The position numbers were made by a program, and so were the translations under genes. A model generated the notes under the pieces. That model did no database searches. It was not told the DNA's origin and was given only the letters and a program-made list of their open reading frames with translations. Positions 1 to 15,754 of a DNA stretch of 64,000 nt are shown here, piece after piece (within the stretch, counting starts at the first letter, position 1; every line of letters starts with the position of its first letter). The DNA is from the human T2T-CHM13v2.0 reference genome, Homo sapiens: NCBI RefSeq assembly GCF_009914755.1, contig NC_060933.1. One strand, 5' to 3'.

Positions 1-930
1 TTGCTAAAACTTAGAAGCTGTAAAGAAGTCTTTCAGTAGGAGAACAGATAAATAAACTGTGACACATCCAGACAATGGAGTATCATTCAGAGATAAAAAA
101 ACAAATGAGCTATCAAACCATGAAGAAACATGGAGGAAACGTAAGTGCATATTACTGAGTGAAAAAACCCAATCTGAAATGGCTATATAATATATGATTC
201 CAACATATGATGCTCTGGAAAAAGCAAAACTATGGATTTAGTAAAAAGATCAACGGCTGCCAGGGGCTTGGTGGGAGAAGGGAAGGGATGAATAGGAGTA
301 GCATGGAATTTTTTTGTTTGTTTGTTTTTTGAGATGGAGTCTCGCTCTGTCACCCAGGCTAGAGTGCAGTGGTGTGATCTCGGCTCACTGGAAGCTCCGC
401 CTCCGGGGTTCCTGCCATTCTCCTGCCTCAGCCTCCTGAGTAACTGGGACTACAGGCGCCCGCCACCGCGCCCAGCTAATTTTTTTGTATTTTTTTAGTA
501 GAGACAGGGTTTCACCGTGTTAGCCAGGATGGTCTTGATCTCCTGACCCTGTGATCCGCCCGCCTTGGCCTCCCAAAGTGCTGGGATTACAGGCATGAGC
601 CACTGCACCAAGCTGAAGCATGGGATTTTTAGGCAATGAAACTATTCTGTATGATCCTGTAATGGTGGAAACATAACAGTATAAAAAACTCATGGAACTG
701 TACAACACCAAGAGTGAACCCTAATGTCAACTATAGACTTCAGTTAATTTTAATGTATCAATATTGTCTCATGATTGTAACAAATATACCACATGAATGT
801 AAGATACTAATAATAGGGGCAACTGTCAGTGGGCGATAAAGAGGGTATGTGGAACTCTCTGTAAGATCTTCAAAATTTTTGGAAAAACCTAAAATTGCTC
901 TAATAAATTAAGTCTGTTAATGAAAAAAAG
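1..930 (+). mobile_element. Old L1 (L1MC-like) 3' region interrupted by an Alu
   Basis: Typical L1M 3'UTR motifs (aaataaactgtg..catcca..caatgga; ggaaaaagcaaaactatg; tggaactctctgta). Confidence 0.7.
308..613 (-). mobile_element. AluY-like SINE
   Basis: Reverse Alu with Y-type motifs and T-rich tail; flanking agcatgg(a/g)attt duplication. Confidence 0.88.
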
Positions 931-1585
931 GTGTACATTCAGGGGCTAAGAGTTAATTAAATTAATAATTTTTATTGATTCATCAAGAATATTCTTAAGT
1001 AAAACTGGTTTCTTCTTTTTTTTTTTTTAAACTGAGTTTCTAATGGTATAAAAGACAGTAATTGTTAAGTGTAGTTTGGTGACACTGCCTTGACTCATGC
1101 TAAGGCCCCAGCAGTTTGGTCCACTATTGTTTTTGCCCCATTGGTGTAAATGTCAACACAGTAAAAAAAAAAAAAAAAGGCAAATATTATCTTCATATTA
1201 TTTTGATCCCTAGGGGTCCGTGACTCATGTTTTAAGAACTATGGGACTTTCATGTTCTTACATGCAATTTTCTTCATATTTATCATCTTTGGAAGTTTTT
1301 CATATTCTCGAATCTATAAATTTATGCTTTCACTAAGTGTGGGAAATTTTCAGTGATTATTTTATCAAATACATATATTTTTTCTATTCTCTCCTTTTTT
1401 CTTGTGGGACTTCATTAGATAAATGTTAGAATATTTGATACTGTACTCTAATCCTTGAGGCTTTGTTCTCTTTTTTCACCAATGTTTTTCTCTCTTCTTC
1501 AGCTTGGATAATTTCTACCCACCTATCTTTAAGTTCAGCAACTTATCTTTCATCTTATGCTTTTAAGTTCACCCAGAGAATTTTA

Positions 1586-1906
<321 letters not shown>

Positions 1907-1921
1907 TTAAAGAGAATTTGC

Positions 1922-2230
<309 letters not shown>

Positions 2231-2829
2231 AAAGAGAATTTGCATAATCCCATTTTTTTGTATGCAGTCCTTTAATGAATTTAACAATGCCATACTTATT
2301 GCATGCATACACTTTCAGTTTTCTATTACTCTTTGAATAAATTAGGTTATGTCTTTTTAGAAATTATATATATAATTTAGAAATTTTATATTAATAAATA
2401 ATCGTGTATATTCATAATGTATAGTGTGATGTTTTGATGTATGTATACATTGTAGAATGATTAAATCAAGCTGATTGACATATCCATAACCTCATATATT
2501 TTTTTTGTTGTGAGATAATTTAAAATCTACATTCTTAGCAGTTTTCAAATATATATTCAAATATACAATATAATTTTTTCACATAGTATATTTTTCTTCT
2601 AGAAAAAGTGTTTTGTTCCTGTTTATAGTTTTTATTTATTTAATGAGTATCCTATCTATCCATTCATTAAAAGCGTATTTTTCCCTCACATTTTTGAGCA
2701 TAATATAATGGCTGCTTTAAAATTCTAGTCTTTATTCTTACAGCTAGATCATTTTGGGGTCAGGCTCCATTGATTTTTTCTTTGTATTATATCTTTGTGG
2801 GACTAGTAATTATGAATTTATCCTGGACA

Positions 2830-4260
2830 GTCACACCCCCCAAGGCCTGAGCTGAAGTGGCACATCATCCTCTGGGGAATTGGTGCCCTGGCCAATCTGA
2901 GCAACTGTGCATCCCAGAGATGAGATGATGTAGTACCATGCGTCCCAGGGAAGTAGGGCAGTGACTGAGCTGAGACACAACACTTATAGGCCAAATAACT
3001 CTACTGCCCTGCTTTCCTGGAGCTGGACTAGCTCTAGAGTCTGAGCTACAGAGACTCTGCTCCCTGGGGAGAGCCCTGCCCCTCTATCCAAGAAGTAGAG
3101 TCATTGTTCCATGCCCCACAGGGCTCAAAGGACAGCTGTGCTCTGCCATTTTGGGGTACTTGTTGCCATTGATCCTGGTTTCACAGAGTCTAGGATACTG
3201 CTGAGTCCCACTATCCCAGGGTCTAGAGTCACCACTGTATGATGCTTCATCCTTTGGGATATGATTTGCTACTGAGCCTTATGACTCATATTCCCAAATT
3301 GCAGCCATACCCTGCTCTGTAGGCCCAAGCCTCCAGAGTACCCCTTCTTCCCCTGAGCCAGGCCAGTGCTTTGCCCTGCCCTCCAGGGGTAGAATCACAC
3401 GCTCCATGGGCCTGAGCTGCCAGAAGATGCCTGAGAGTCACAGAACCTGAGTCTGTGGGCATGATACATCCAACCTGGCCACAGAGAACAAACCTGAACC
3501 CTAAGACCCAGGTGCCACAGTGGGGTCACAAGACCCTAAGCTTAGGTCTGTGTGGCCCCTCAGCCACCCTGAGCACCTGCACCTGGAACTCAGAGCCTCT
3601 ACAACTGCTTATAGGCCATGTCAGACCTGACACTAAGAGGGATCCCTTTGGCTAAGTCTCCATGTTGTGGGGAATCCCAAAATAGGAAGACCCTAAAAAC
3701 TCTTGCCACTAAAGATATCAACAGCTTTCACTGCTGCTGTCACTGCCCCAAACTTCTTCAGCCTAGGTTAGTGTTAATGAATTAATTCAGCAAAGTTTCA
3801 GGATACAAAACCAACATGCAAAAATCAGTAGCATTTCTAGACACCAACAATGTACTAATGGAAAAAGAAATCAAGAATGCAATCGCAGTTATACTAGGTA
3901 CAAAAACACCCCTAGGAATCAGTTTAACTAAGAGGTGAAAGATCTCTAAAAGGAAAACTATAAAACACTGATGAAAAAATTGAAGAAAACATAAATAAAT
4001 GAAAAGACATGCCATGTTCATGGATTGGAAGAATTAATATTGTGAAAATAATCATACTGTCAAAAATGATCCACAGATTCAATGCAATCCCTATCAAAAT
4101 ACCAGTGACATTCTTCACAAAAATAGTGAAAATATAACAGCTGTACATATTTACAGGGTACGTGTGATTTTTTATATAGGCATACAATGTTTTGATCAGG
4201 GTAATTGGGGTATCCATCACCTCAAGCATTTATTATTTCTTTGTGTTAGGAGCAATTCTG
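2830..4260. mobile_element. Composite old L1 pieces: 5'UTR-like (~2830-3770), ORF2 fragment (+, ~3785-4125), 3' end (-, ~4130-4257)
   Basis: ORF2 motifs ttcagcaaagtttcaggatacaaa, ccatgttcatggattggaagaattaatattg; reverse L1MA-type 3' terminus. Confidence 0.65.
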
Positions 4261-5241
4261 TTGGCCAGTTTCTCTGGTGAAGTGCTTCTGCTGGCCAGAA
4301 TGCAGAGCCACCACCAAAATTTGCATGTTAGCCACTATGAGCCCCGCCCCAGATGGCCTATCCCTGTTGATAATACCACCACCACCACCTCTGCCTGCCC
4401 TATGTTCCCCATGGGGCAAGACAGGAGTGATCTGTCTTCAAAGGACTCCAGACTGGCGAGGAAGCTGAATGTTTGCCTCCAACTCTCTTTTCCCACAGTG
4501 GAAACTGGACCTAGGGGAGTTCTCTCTGTGTGGTGCTGTGCAGGCTTGGGGGAAGTATACTTTTCAGTCAAATTGAAGCTATTCCTTTTACCCTTTGAAT
4601 GCAACTTGTCTCCATTCTCCTGTCCCAGAGGATGTCTCAGCCTTACTTTCAAGTTCTGAGGTATTCACAAAGGAATTCTTGTCCATGGATAGTTGCTAGT
4701 TGGATTTCTGTGAGGGAGACTGGAGCCAAAGAACTATTCTGACAACTTGCTCTTAGATCAAGCTTTCTTGTTTTGATTTCCTTCTCATTTCTTTTTCTGT
4801 ATATTTTAAAGTTTTTTCCTTAGTGGTTATCTGGAGATTACAATTAATATCTTAACTTTACATCAGTAAAGTTTAAATTAATACCAATACCTTATTTTCA
4901 ATAGTAGGTAAATACTGTACTCCTTTCCAGCCCCATCCCTTTCCCCTTTCTGTTGTTATTGTCACAATTATATCTTTATACATTGAATGCACATTAACAT
5001 AGCATTTTAATAATTGTTTTATTCATTTGTCATTTAAATCATATAGAAAAGAGTTATAAACCATATATGCAATACCATTGTCCTTTATATTTACTTATGT
5101 AGCTACCTTTACCCTTGTTCTTAGTGTCCGTCCCTTTCACCCTGGAGGAGTCCCTTTAACATTTATTGTAGGGCAGGTCTACTACTGACAAACTCTCTCA
5201 ATTTTTATTTTATATTATGAATATGTTTTATTTCTCCATTA

Positions 5242-5472
<231 letters not shown>

Positions 5473-5640
5473 CTACATCCTTGCCAGCATTTGGTGCAGT
5501 GAGTGTTTTGGAGTTTGGTCATTCTTATAGGTAGGTAGTAGTATCTTATTGTTTTAATTTGCAATTCCTAGTGAATCTATATGTGTCTTTGTATTTAAAG
5601 TGCTTTTTTTATTTTGTAGACAACATATATTTGGGTCTTA

Positions 5641-5959
5641 TTTTCTTTCTTTCTTTCTTTGTTTCTTTTTTGGTGGGGGACAAGGTCTCACTCTGTTGCC
5701 TAGACTGTAGTGTAGGGGCATGATCGTAGCTCACTGCAGCCTCCAACTCCTGGGCTCAAGCAACCCTCCTGCTTCAGTTTCCCCAGTAGCTAGGACTACA
5801 GGCAAGTGCCACCACACACAGCTAATTTTTAAATTTTGTGTAGAGACGGGGTCTCACTATGTTACCTAGGCTGGTCTTGAACTTCTGGTCTAAAGCAATC
5901 CTCCCATCCTGGCCTTCCTAAACACTAGGATTACAGGCATGAGTCACTGTGCACAGCCT
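5641..5959 (-). mobile_element. AluJ
   Basis: Reverse Alu with J-type motifs (actcctgggctcaag, tcactatgtt). Confidence 0.85.
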
Positions 5960-8900
5960 AGGATCTTTTAATTCACTCTGGTAATCCTTTTAGTTGGTGT
6001 ATTTAGACCATTGATTAGTGATTATTAATATAGTTGGATCAATTTCTACCATATTTGTTACTGTTATCCATTTTTCCATTTGTTTTTTTCCTATTTTTGT
6101 CTGCCATTCTTTCTCTACCTTTTGTGGTGTTAATTGAACATTTTATATGATTCCATTTTCTCTCCTTTCTTAGCATACCATTCTACTTTTTTAAAGGCTT
6201 TTTTTTGGTAGTTCCCCTAGCATTTGCAATATACATTTATAGCTAATCCAAGTCTCAAATAATGCTATACTGCTTTATGGATAGTACCAGTACTGTTTAA
6301 CAACAGAATAATTCTAACTTCTCCCTCCAATACCTTGTGTTATTATGGTCATTCATTTCACTTTTACATAAGTGTACATAGAATATATCTATATGTATAT
6401 AAACATACATAATTAAATACTTCGTTGCTATTTTGACCTCCTAAAGGTCAAGCTGGGATTATAGGACTGAGCCACCACACCCAGCCTGAAAAATAAATTT
6501 TTAAATTTTACCTTGACTTATTCCTTTTCTGATGCTCTTCCTTTCTTTATGTAGATCTGAATTTCTGACCTATATAATTTTCCTTTATTTTGAAGAACTT
6601 CTAAAATTTCTTCAAGGCAGGTCTACTGGCAACAAGTCCCCTTAGTTTTTGTTTGTCTGAGAAAGTCTTTATTTCTCCTTCACTTTTGAAGGATAATTTT
6701 GTAAGGTACAGAATTCTAAGTTTGTGGGGGTTTTTTTTCTCCAAACACCATAGATTTTACTTTTTTCTTTTCTAGCTTGCTTGGTTTCTGACAAGAAGTC
6801 AGATGCAATTCTCATTTTTCTTCCTGTATAAGTAAGATATTTTTTCCTCTGGCATCTTGGAAGGTTTTTTTTTTCTTTAAAGTTTTTTTTTTCTTTATCC
6901 TTTATTTTCTGCAGTTTGAATATGATATGTCTAGGTATACTTTTTTTAAAGTTCATTTTGCTTGGTGTCTCTGAGTTTTTTGGATCTGTAGTTTAATATT
7001 AGACATTAACTTGGGGAAATTATCAGTCATTATTGCTTCAAATATTTCTTCTGTTCATTTCTCTCTTTATTTAATATTTTCATTATATATATATTTTACT
7101 TTTTGTAGTTGTTCCAGAGGTCATAGATATTCTGTTCTGTTTTTTTCAGTCTTTTTTCTCTTTGCTTTTTCCATTTTGAAAATTTCTATCGGCATATCCT
7201 CAGGCAAGCCTTTTTTTCAGCCATGTCCAGTCTAGTAATGAGCATTCTTCATTTCTGTTACAGAATTTTTGATCTCTAGCATTTATTTTTTATTATTTCT
7301 TAGAATTTCCATCTCTCTGTTTACATTGCCCACTTGTTCTGGCATATTGTGTACTTTATCCATTAGAGCCCTTGGCGTATTAATCATACTTGTTTTGCAT
7401 TCCTGGTCTGATAATTTCAACATTCCTGTCATATCTGAGTTCGGTTTTGATGCTTGCTCTGTCTCTTCAAATTATATTTTTTGTTTGTTTGTTTGGGTTT
7501 TTTTTTTTTTTGCTTTTTAATATGTCTTGTGATTTTTAATTAAAAGCCAGATATGATATACTGAGTAAAAGAACCTCCAAAAATAGACCTCTGTTTTTGA
7601 GGTGGTAAGGTGTTGGGGCAGGGGAAGCATTCTATAGTCCTATAATTAGTTCTCAATCTTTTAGTGAGTTTTTTTCTCTGGACTATGAACTTCATAAACA
7701 TTTTTCAATTTTCCTCCCATCTCCTTTCTTAGGTCACACAGAATGGCTAGAGGTATCTGGAGTCTGGTATTTTTTTTCTCCTACATAGAAGGCTAGAGGT
7801 GGCTTGAGTTGGGTATTTCCTTTCTCTTAGGTGGGTTACACTCTGATAAAACCTCAGTATTTTAGGTTATGGTAGACTATTTTCTCTCAAGGGTAGGCCT
7901 TGTTTAGAACAGGATGTTCTGGCATATTTCAAAAAGATTACTTTTCCTCTCCTCTGGCAGCAGCATTCAATGATTTCTCACAAATTTTCACTATGAAACC
8001 TGGTTGAGCTCCTAGAGTCAAAACTCACAAAAGTGTACTTCTCCCAACATAATGACTGAGTCCCTTTGACATTTTTATATCTTAGCTTTGTTCACATTGA
8101 GCCTCCAGCAATTTGTCAGTTACAGTTTAGATTTTCCTACCCTAGCACTGATTCTGGTGGAGGTTTCTGCTCTTGGGTTTCCACTCCAGGAAGTCATTAT
8201 TCTCTGTATTTGCCTTTCTCTCCCTCTCTCTCTCCCTCTGTCTGTCTCTTTCTCTCTCTCTCTTTAATTTTTAGGGCAGTGGTTTGCCTTATAATCTCAC
8301 TTCTCTTATACATCTAAGTAGAATTATTAATTTTTCAGTTTTCCCAGCTTTTAACTTATTGTTAGGATGAAGTGACAACTTCATGTTCCAGAAACGGAAA
8401 GTTTTTCTTCCTTTTTTTGAAGAATGAGTTTGCCAGATATCAAATTTTTAGTTCACAGTTTTTCTGTCAGCACTTTCCATATGTTATCCTACCATGTTAT
8501 AGTTCCATTGTTTGTGGATGGATGTCGGATTATAATCTTATTTTGGATCCCTTGTATGTGATGAGTTGCTTCTTTCTTGCTACTTTCAAGATTCTCTATT
8601 TTTGGCCTTTGACAATTTGACTGTAATATGTCTTCATGTGGATGTCTTTTACTTTATCTTTCTTTGAGTCACTGAGTTTCTTGGATGTATAGATTCATTT
8701 CTTTAATCAATTTGGGACGTTTTTGGCCATTATTTTTTTTCAAATATTGTTTCTGACCCCTTTTCTCTTCTCCCTCTGGGACCCATATTATGTGTATGCT
8801 GGTATGCTTGATGATGTCCAAGAAGTCTCTTAGGCTCTGTTCATTTTTCTTCATTCTCTTCACTTTCTACTCCTCAGAATGGATAATTTCAATTGATTTA

Positions 8901-10351
8901 TATTTAAATTCACTAATAATTCTTCTGCCAGCTCAAATATGCTGTTGGACCCCTTCGTGAATTTTTTATTTCAGTTATTTTAGTTTTCAGCTCTAGAATA
9001 TTTATTTTTATTTAGTTCCTTTTTATAGTTTCTATTTTTTTCTTGATAGTCTCTGGTGAGAAATTATTCTTTTGGTTTTCTTTAGTTGTTTGAACACGTT
9101 ATGACTGTTATTTTAAAGCCTTTGTCTAGTAAGTCCAATGCCTGAGTTTCCTGATGGACATTTTCTGTTAATTTTTTTTTTCTTGAATTGGCCATACTTA
9201 TTTGTTTCTTGCATGCCTCATGTAAGTTAGACATTTAAATATTATAATGTAGCAACTCTGAAAATATGATTCTGCCTCCTCTCTATGGTTTGTTGTTCTT
9301 TGTTATAAGGTTGTTGTTTGCTTGTTTAGTGACTTTTCTAAACTATTCTTCTACAGTGTGTATTTTTTTTTTTAATGTGTGGCCACTGAAGTCTATGTTC
9401 AGTTAGCTGTCTGTTAGTGGTGTTTTAACAGAGTTGCCTTAAGTACCTGGAGCCAAGAAAGTCAAAAAGGAGGGCAAAAATCCTCTACCAGTCTTTGTAG
9501 ATTGGTTCTGTGTTGGGTACTCCTTCAATGCCATGTCAGGCCATTGACATCTCTGTCTTAGCCTTCACTTTTGCTGTGCAGAGTCTGCAGACCAATTGCA
9601 TGTAAATGCTTAGGGTCTTCCCAGGCCTTCTTAAAGCATATTTCTTGCCCTGGATATGGTCATGGCCTTCTGATTTCTCTGTATTTTAAAATTTCTATTC
9701 TCCCCCATATTTCTTTCCCAATGTCTTTCTTTCCAGGTTTCTCTGTCTATTTCTTGTTCAAAGTATTGTCCCTTGTCCCAGGCTGCTGTGTCCAATACAT
9801 GTGTCTTTAAATGCTTTCAACAAAAGCCTCCTTGGGAGCTGCTCCAGCCCTGGGAACACTGTGAGTCAGACAAAACAGTTTTAGCCAGTTCATTAGCTGC
9901 TTTTGCAGATAGACAGAACCCTGGAGTTCTCTACTTTGCCATTTTCAGCCCATGTTATGCATTATAGTGGACATAATTTTGGTTGTTGAATAACATTCTA
10001 ACTAGCAGATGTACTGTAATTTATTTATCATTTTTCTAATGTTGAACATTTTGTTTGTTTATAATTTTTTGCTTTTTTAGATAAGGCTACAATGAAAATC
10101 TTTCTACATATAGCTTTTACCATTTCCCAGATTCTTTAGGATGCGTTCCCAGAAATATAGTTACTAGGTCTGAGAATATGACCATTTTAAGATTCCTGAT
10201 ACTATGATCAGATTGTCAAAAAGATTTTACGGATTTTTATTTCAACCTCACGAGTAATCTTAAACTTAGAATTTTTCTGAAATAGTTTTGTCACTGGCAA
10301 AAGTCTGTGAGAAGTGATACATATTTTAACTTCCTTTTAATGTTTTAAAGA

Positions 10352-10518
10352 AGCGCTTCTCAAACTGCCATGTGCATAAAAATTATCCCAGGATCTTGTT
10401 GGAAAGTAGAACCCAATTCAGAGCATCTCGGGTAGAGCCTGAAACACTATGTTGCTAATAAGCTCCCAAGGTGTTCTGATACTGCTGGTCTGTAGATTAC
10501 ACTGTGAGTGGCAAGGCT
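10352..10518. mobile_element. MER5-type hAT-Charlie element
   Basis: ttctcaaact start; aataagctcccaaggtg..tgatactgctggtc..acactgtgagtggca end. Confidence 0.7.
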
Positions 10519-11721
10519 TGAGGTTTAAACTGCAGCAAAGAACAAAGTAGGAAAACCCTTCCTGAGTTTTAAAAGAAAGCAAGTTTGAAAAACCTCATTA
10601 AAAAAATTTTTTTCCAAATAAAGTAATCTCCCACAGTTGTCTAAATTAGATCAAAGATCAAGAAAAGAACACAAGCTTATTATTGATATGAATGAAGGCT
10701 AAAAGAGAAAGTAAAATTAGAGATACTGCCTGGGGTTTTGACTGAAATACCCAGTGTAGAGAGTTCCTCTCTCTAAGAAGTGTATTGAGGCTTGAACTTT
10801 GATATTAAAATTAGTGTTAATGATAATGTTTTATCTAGGGAGGCAACATATTCAGTTTTTTCATTCAAATGCATAAGTGTCTTTGGTATCATGAATTTCT
10901 CTGTAGAAATATTACATAGTATACAAATATGTCTAGAAATGTCTTTTTTATGTTAAACAGATGTTCACCAATACCTTTATTTTTCATTAGGCCAATTTTA
11001 AATATTATTGTTATTCTAAGCAAATTCAAATTTCTTGATATTTGGGTGATATTTAATCAAGGTACTAGCAAATTTCGTCATCTATTTTGTGTCCTGGAAA
11101 ATAAAGGATAAAATACTATAAAAGTTATTTTAAGTTTATATCATTTGATACGATAATTTATTTATACATTATCATCATTAACATAACAGAGGAACTGCCT
11201 TTATTGTTATCTATGACAGGAATTCTAGAAGAGTGGCATGAAAGAACTCTCTCCTTCCCTGTGGAAGACCTGGACATGCCATTTGGTCTATGTCTCAAGT
11301 CAATTCAGTAAGTATTTATTGAGAGAGCATTTTTTGTTCTAGGCATTTTGATAACTACAACAACTATAAGATAAAAAGTCCTTACCATTCAGTTGTTTCC
11401 AAATTATTTTAACTGTGAAATAATTACCACATAATCATTTTCAGAGGGAAATGTGGCACACAGATAGTTGTGACAGTCCACCTTTTGGGTTCTGCAAGTT
11501 GTTTTAGGTTGAGGCTTATAGGAAGCATTAGAGATTGCAAAGTGAAAAAAATTGAATGCCACCATTTTCAGGCCAATTTTTACTGATTACACAAACAAAT
11601 GTCAAATTGTTCATTCAGAGCTATCTTCAGATGTTCAATATTTTATAAGTGACTTACCACTATGTTGAAATGGTGAGGACAGATTCTCCAGTGACGTTTC
11701 TCAGCCTGTAACTTATGGCCC

Positions 11722-11910
11722 TTCTTTTTATTTTTTATTATTATTTTTTTGAGACAGAGTCTCACTCTGTCACCCAGGCTGGAGTGCAATGTGCAACGGC
11801 GTGATCTCTGCTCACTGCAACTTCTGCCCCACGGGTTCCAGTGATTCTCCTGCCTCAGCCTCCTGAGTAGCTGTGATTACAGGCATGTGCCACTACTGCC
11901 CGGCTAATTA
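11722..11910 (-). mobile_element. Alu right arm (5'-truncated)
   Basis: Reverse Alu half; TSD ttatggccctt on both sides. Confidence 0.85.
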
Positions 11911-12689
11911 TGGCCCTTTTTAATAAACATAAAATTCACACACACGTACAAACACACACCTACCCAGTGTTAAGTTTTTAAATATGTGAAGAATTCTAAA
12001 TAACTTCATCTAGGCCTAATTTCGAGAGTCATGTCAATATTAAGAGTCATACCTAAAAGTAGTTTAATTTGCTGGTATAGGCATTGATGCCTTCAACTTT
12101 CATTTAGTACAATTTATCCTTAATACTTGGAAGATAAATGGTGAGCATGTTTTTGCTCTATTTTTTTTATTCAATCAATCATTCTACAGAAGGTTTTAGT
12201 TTCTTCTTCCTGCCTTTATTTACTCTGACTTCTCTTCCAAGAACCCCTGATTTTTGCCTTGTAGACCTGGACCTTCACCTTCAGGGGTGCAGGGGACTCT
12301 TGTGGTGAGGCACGCAAGGTGCTGAGAATGGTTAAGGAAAAGGGTGGAGTCTTCATCAGAGTAGGTTCTGGTGAATAATTTTCTGAGCTGTGTGGCTCTT
12401 TTTAAACAAATCAGGTGGACTCTGTGTGAATCTCAAATCTTTCAAAAACTGGTGAATGAACCAGTCTCCACACTAAATATATGCCACAGTTACAGATCTC
12501 CATCACAGCAGACATTTCTATTTATGCAGGGCCCCAGAGATTAAATATGAGTGTTCGTGAGTGTCTTTTTATGCCTGCTGGATGCCTATACCTTACAGGG
12601 CAAGGGATGATGAAGATAGTTTATCAATTCAAGTCCAGTCTTATGAATTTCTCCTTCATTTGATAGTGGGTTTGTCAGCATCATGTAGA

Positions 12690-13340
12690 TTTGTGTGTTT
12701 CAAATATATCTGCACACTGGAATCAACTCGGAAACTTTTTATAAAACAACCCTTTGGCTCCTCCCCAGATCAGTTGAATCACAGTCCCTAGGGGTAAGGC
12801 TAAAGTGCTGAGATTTTTAAAAATTCCTTAAGTGATTCTCATACACAACCATAGACTAGGAACCTTTAATGTAGAGCAGTGGTTCTCAAACTCAGCTGCA
12901 CATTAGACCCACTTGGGAATTTAAAAATATCCTGATACCCAGGCTGTACGCCAGACCAATTAAGAATCAGAATCTATGGGGGTTGAGGCTCAGACATCAG
13001 GCTTTTTTTCCTTCTTTGTTGTGGCGGAGCATTTTTTTCAACTAAATCAGTATTTTTTAACAACCCCTAGACAATCACAATATGGGGACAAGTTTGAGAA
13101 CCATTGGTGAGCATCCTTTCGCTCCATGTAATAGTTCACACCTAATACAAATATGCCCCTGGCCACGAGTGAATTATGTCAGTGCTTCTCAGACATAAAT
13201 GTTCATAGGATTACCTTGGGATCTTGTTTCAATGCAGATTCTGATTCAAGAGGGACGTCACTGAGAGTCTGCATTTCTAACAAGTTCCCAGGTGATGCTG
13301 ATGTTGCTGGCTAAGTGACCACACTTTGATTAGCAATGAG
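12690..13340. mobile_element. Cluster of ~3 MER5-type elements
   Basis: cagtggttctcaaact..tttgagaacca termini; tgcatttctaacaagttcccaggtgatgctgatg core. Confidence 0.7.
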
Positions 13341-13485
13341 TTTTGCCACTGAAAATGGCATCTGAATGAACCTTTAAATTAATAACTTTTAAAAAATGGA
13401 ATATAGGAGTTCATATAGAGGCCCACACTTAAAAATAGTTAATTATATTTGATTAGCCTGCACTTAGATTTCTGGTAAGAGATCT

Positions 13486-13768
13486 TATTTTATTTTATTT
13501 TTATTTTTTTGAGACAAGATTGTAGTGATGCAGTCTCGTCTCACTGCAACCTCCATCTCCTGGGTTCAAGCTATTCTCTTCCCTCAGCTTCCCAAGTAAC
13601 TGGATTACAGGCGAGCGCCACCATACCTGGCTAATTTTTTGTATTTTTAATAGAGACAGGGTTTCACCATGTTGGCCAGGCTGGTCTCAAATTCCTGACC
13701 TCAAATGATCCACCCGCCTTGGCCTCCCCAAATACTGGGATTACAGGCATGATCCACCGCGCCCAGCC
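13486..13768 (-). mobile_element. AluS with small internal deletion
   Basis: Reverse Alu, (TTTTA)n tail. Confidence 0.85.
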
Positions 13769-14022
13769 CAAGAGATCATATTTTATTTAGGTAACTTAAT
13801 AAGACAATTAAGGAGATTGTGTAGTCCCAGATAATACTGCAATGTTTTAGATAGACCATGTGTCAGGAAGACTTTAAAAAGATTCAAGCATTGAGTAGTT
13901 CCATGTACTAGAGTAGTGTTTTTAAATTTTTGGCAGTAACAGACCTCTTTTTATTAAAACAAATTTAATTACAAAATCCATCCCATTTTACTTACCAAAC
14001 AGGAACATGTTTTCCCATATGT

Positions 14023-14024
<2 letters not shown>

Positions 14025-14066
<42 letters not shown>
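14025..14066. repeat. (GT)21 microsatellite followed by short AT repeat
   Basis: Direct count. Confidence 0.95.
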
Positions 14067-14069
<3 letters not shown>

Positions 14070-14786
14070 CATATATATATGAGTATCTGTTTGATGGGAA
14101 AATACGTCCCTGTTTCTGGAAACCCTGAACTATTTCTACACAGCCTCTGGTTCCTCAGAGAGTGGGCTGCAACCCTATGATTCAATGTATGGAGAATACA
14201 AGAAATCTATTCTGAGAATTCAGTTAAGCTTATGTTAAGCTTAAATATGAAATCTTCATTTACACGATATGGCTTGTGGTCAAAAGGTTAATGTAGTCAT
14301 TCATAATTCATTAAGAAACTTTCATTGTTGGCTTATTATAAGTCAGTCATAGTTCTAGGAAATGAAAATAATAGTGGGAAGATCTATTCAAAATTAATAG
14401 AAGAAATAAATTTTTTATCCCTAAATTGAAATTTATGCTAATTATGCAAAAATTCAGAAAATTACATAAAAGCACAATGTAGAAACTAAGTTACCTATAA
14501 TGTCATCCCTCAGAAATAACCACTGTTAACATCCTTTAATAGAAATATACTTCTAGATTTTCTTCACATATACATACACATTTTTTTCTTTCATTTTTTC
14601 TTCTTTCTTTTCTCTTTTTTTAAGTGAGATGATATCATGTGTGTTGCTCTGCAGCCTGCTGCTTTTACTCATTCATACGTCATGGACCTCAAAGTTTAGA
14701 TTAGCCCGATCCTAGTGCATTGCCAGATGGTCGCTTAGAGGTGGTGATGGTGGCTTTAGCCTCCTAATAAACTGTATCAGACATCC

Positions 14787-14842
14787 CAATAAATATTTAG
14801 TTCAAGTAAAAGGTCCTCAATAAATACTTAGTTCAAGTAAAA
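14787..14842. repeat. Short direct duplication (25 nt, period 31)
   Basis: caataaata(t/c)ttagttcaagtaaaa twice. Confidence 0.85.
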
Positions 14843-15369
14843 ACAGAGTGCTTGGTAAACAATGTTGCTTCAGTATAAATTCCCCTGTGGGACTGGCACT
14901 GCCCTTCCAACTAGATTGTCCCTTTTAGACCCCTTCCACAGAGCCATCACTGCCAGTCTGGAATGATAAATTTGAATAACCTGTGTGAGATTGGGTGAAC
15001 AATTAAAAACTTCGTTTTACTGTTTCTCACACCTCCATTATTCTCTTGAGGTTTTTTTATTGTCGTTCTTTTCACACATACTAATAACCAAAAGTGATTT
15101 TCCCTCCAATCCACTTAAATTGACCATCTCCACTCCTTCTAGTACATGCGTTGTCAAAGCTCACAAGAAAATGGGGATGAATTAGGCTTCTTCTTTCCTG
15201 GCCTCTCTCCCATCAACATCCTTCAGACAAGACTAAACATTCCAGACAATAACATCCATACAAGAAGTTGCTTTCTTAAATCTTAAAGGAATATTACAGT
15301 GTAAAGAGAATACGTATTGAAATACTAGCTTCCGTTTAAAAAAAGTGGTGGAAGAAAGACCAAAGTTCA

Positions 15370-15754
<385 letters not shown>

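Noticed and set aside
4192-4659. 155-aa ORF and antisense 105-aa ORF
   Set aside because: Spans repeat-derived junctions, no recognisable homology or exon structure
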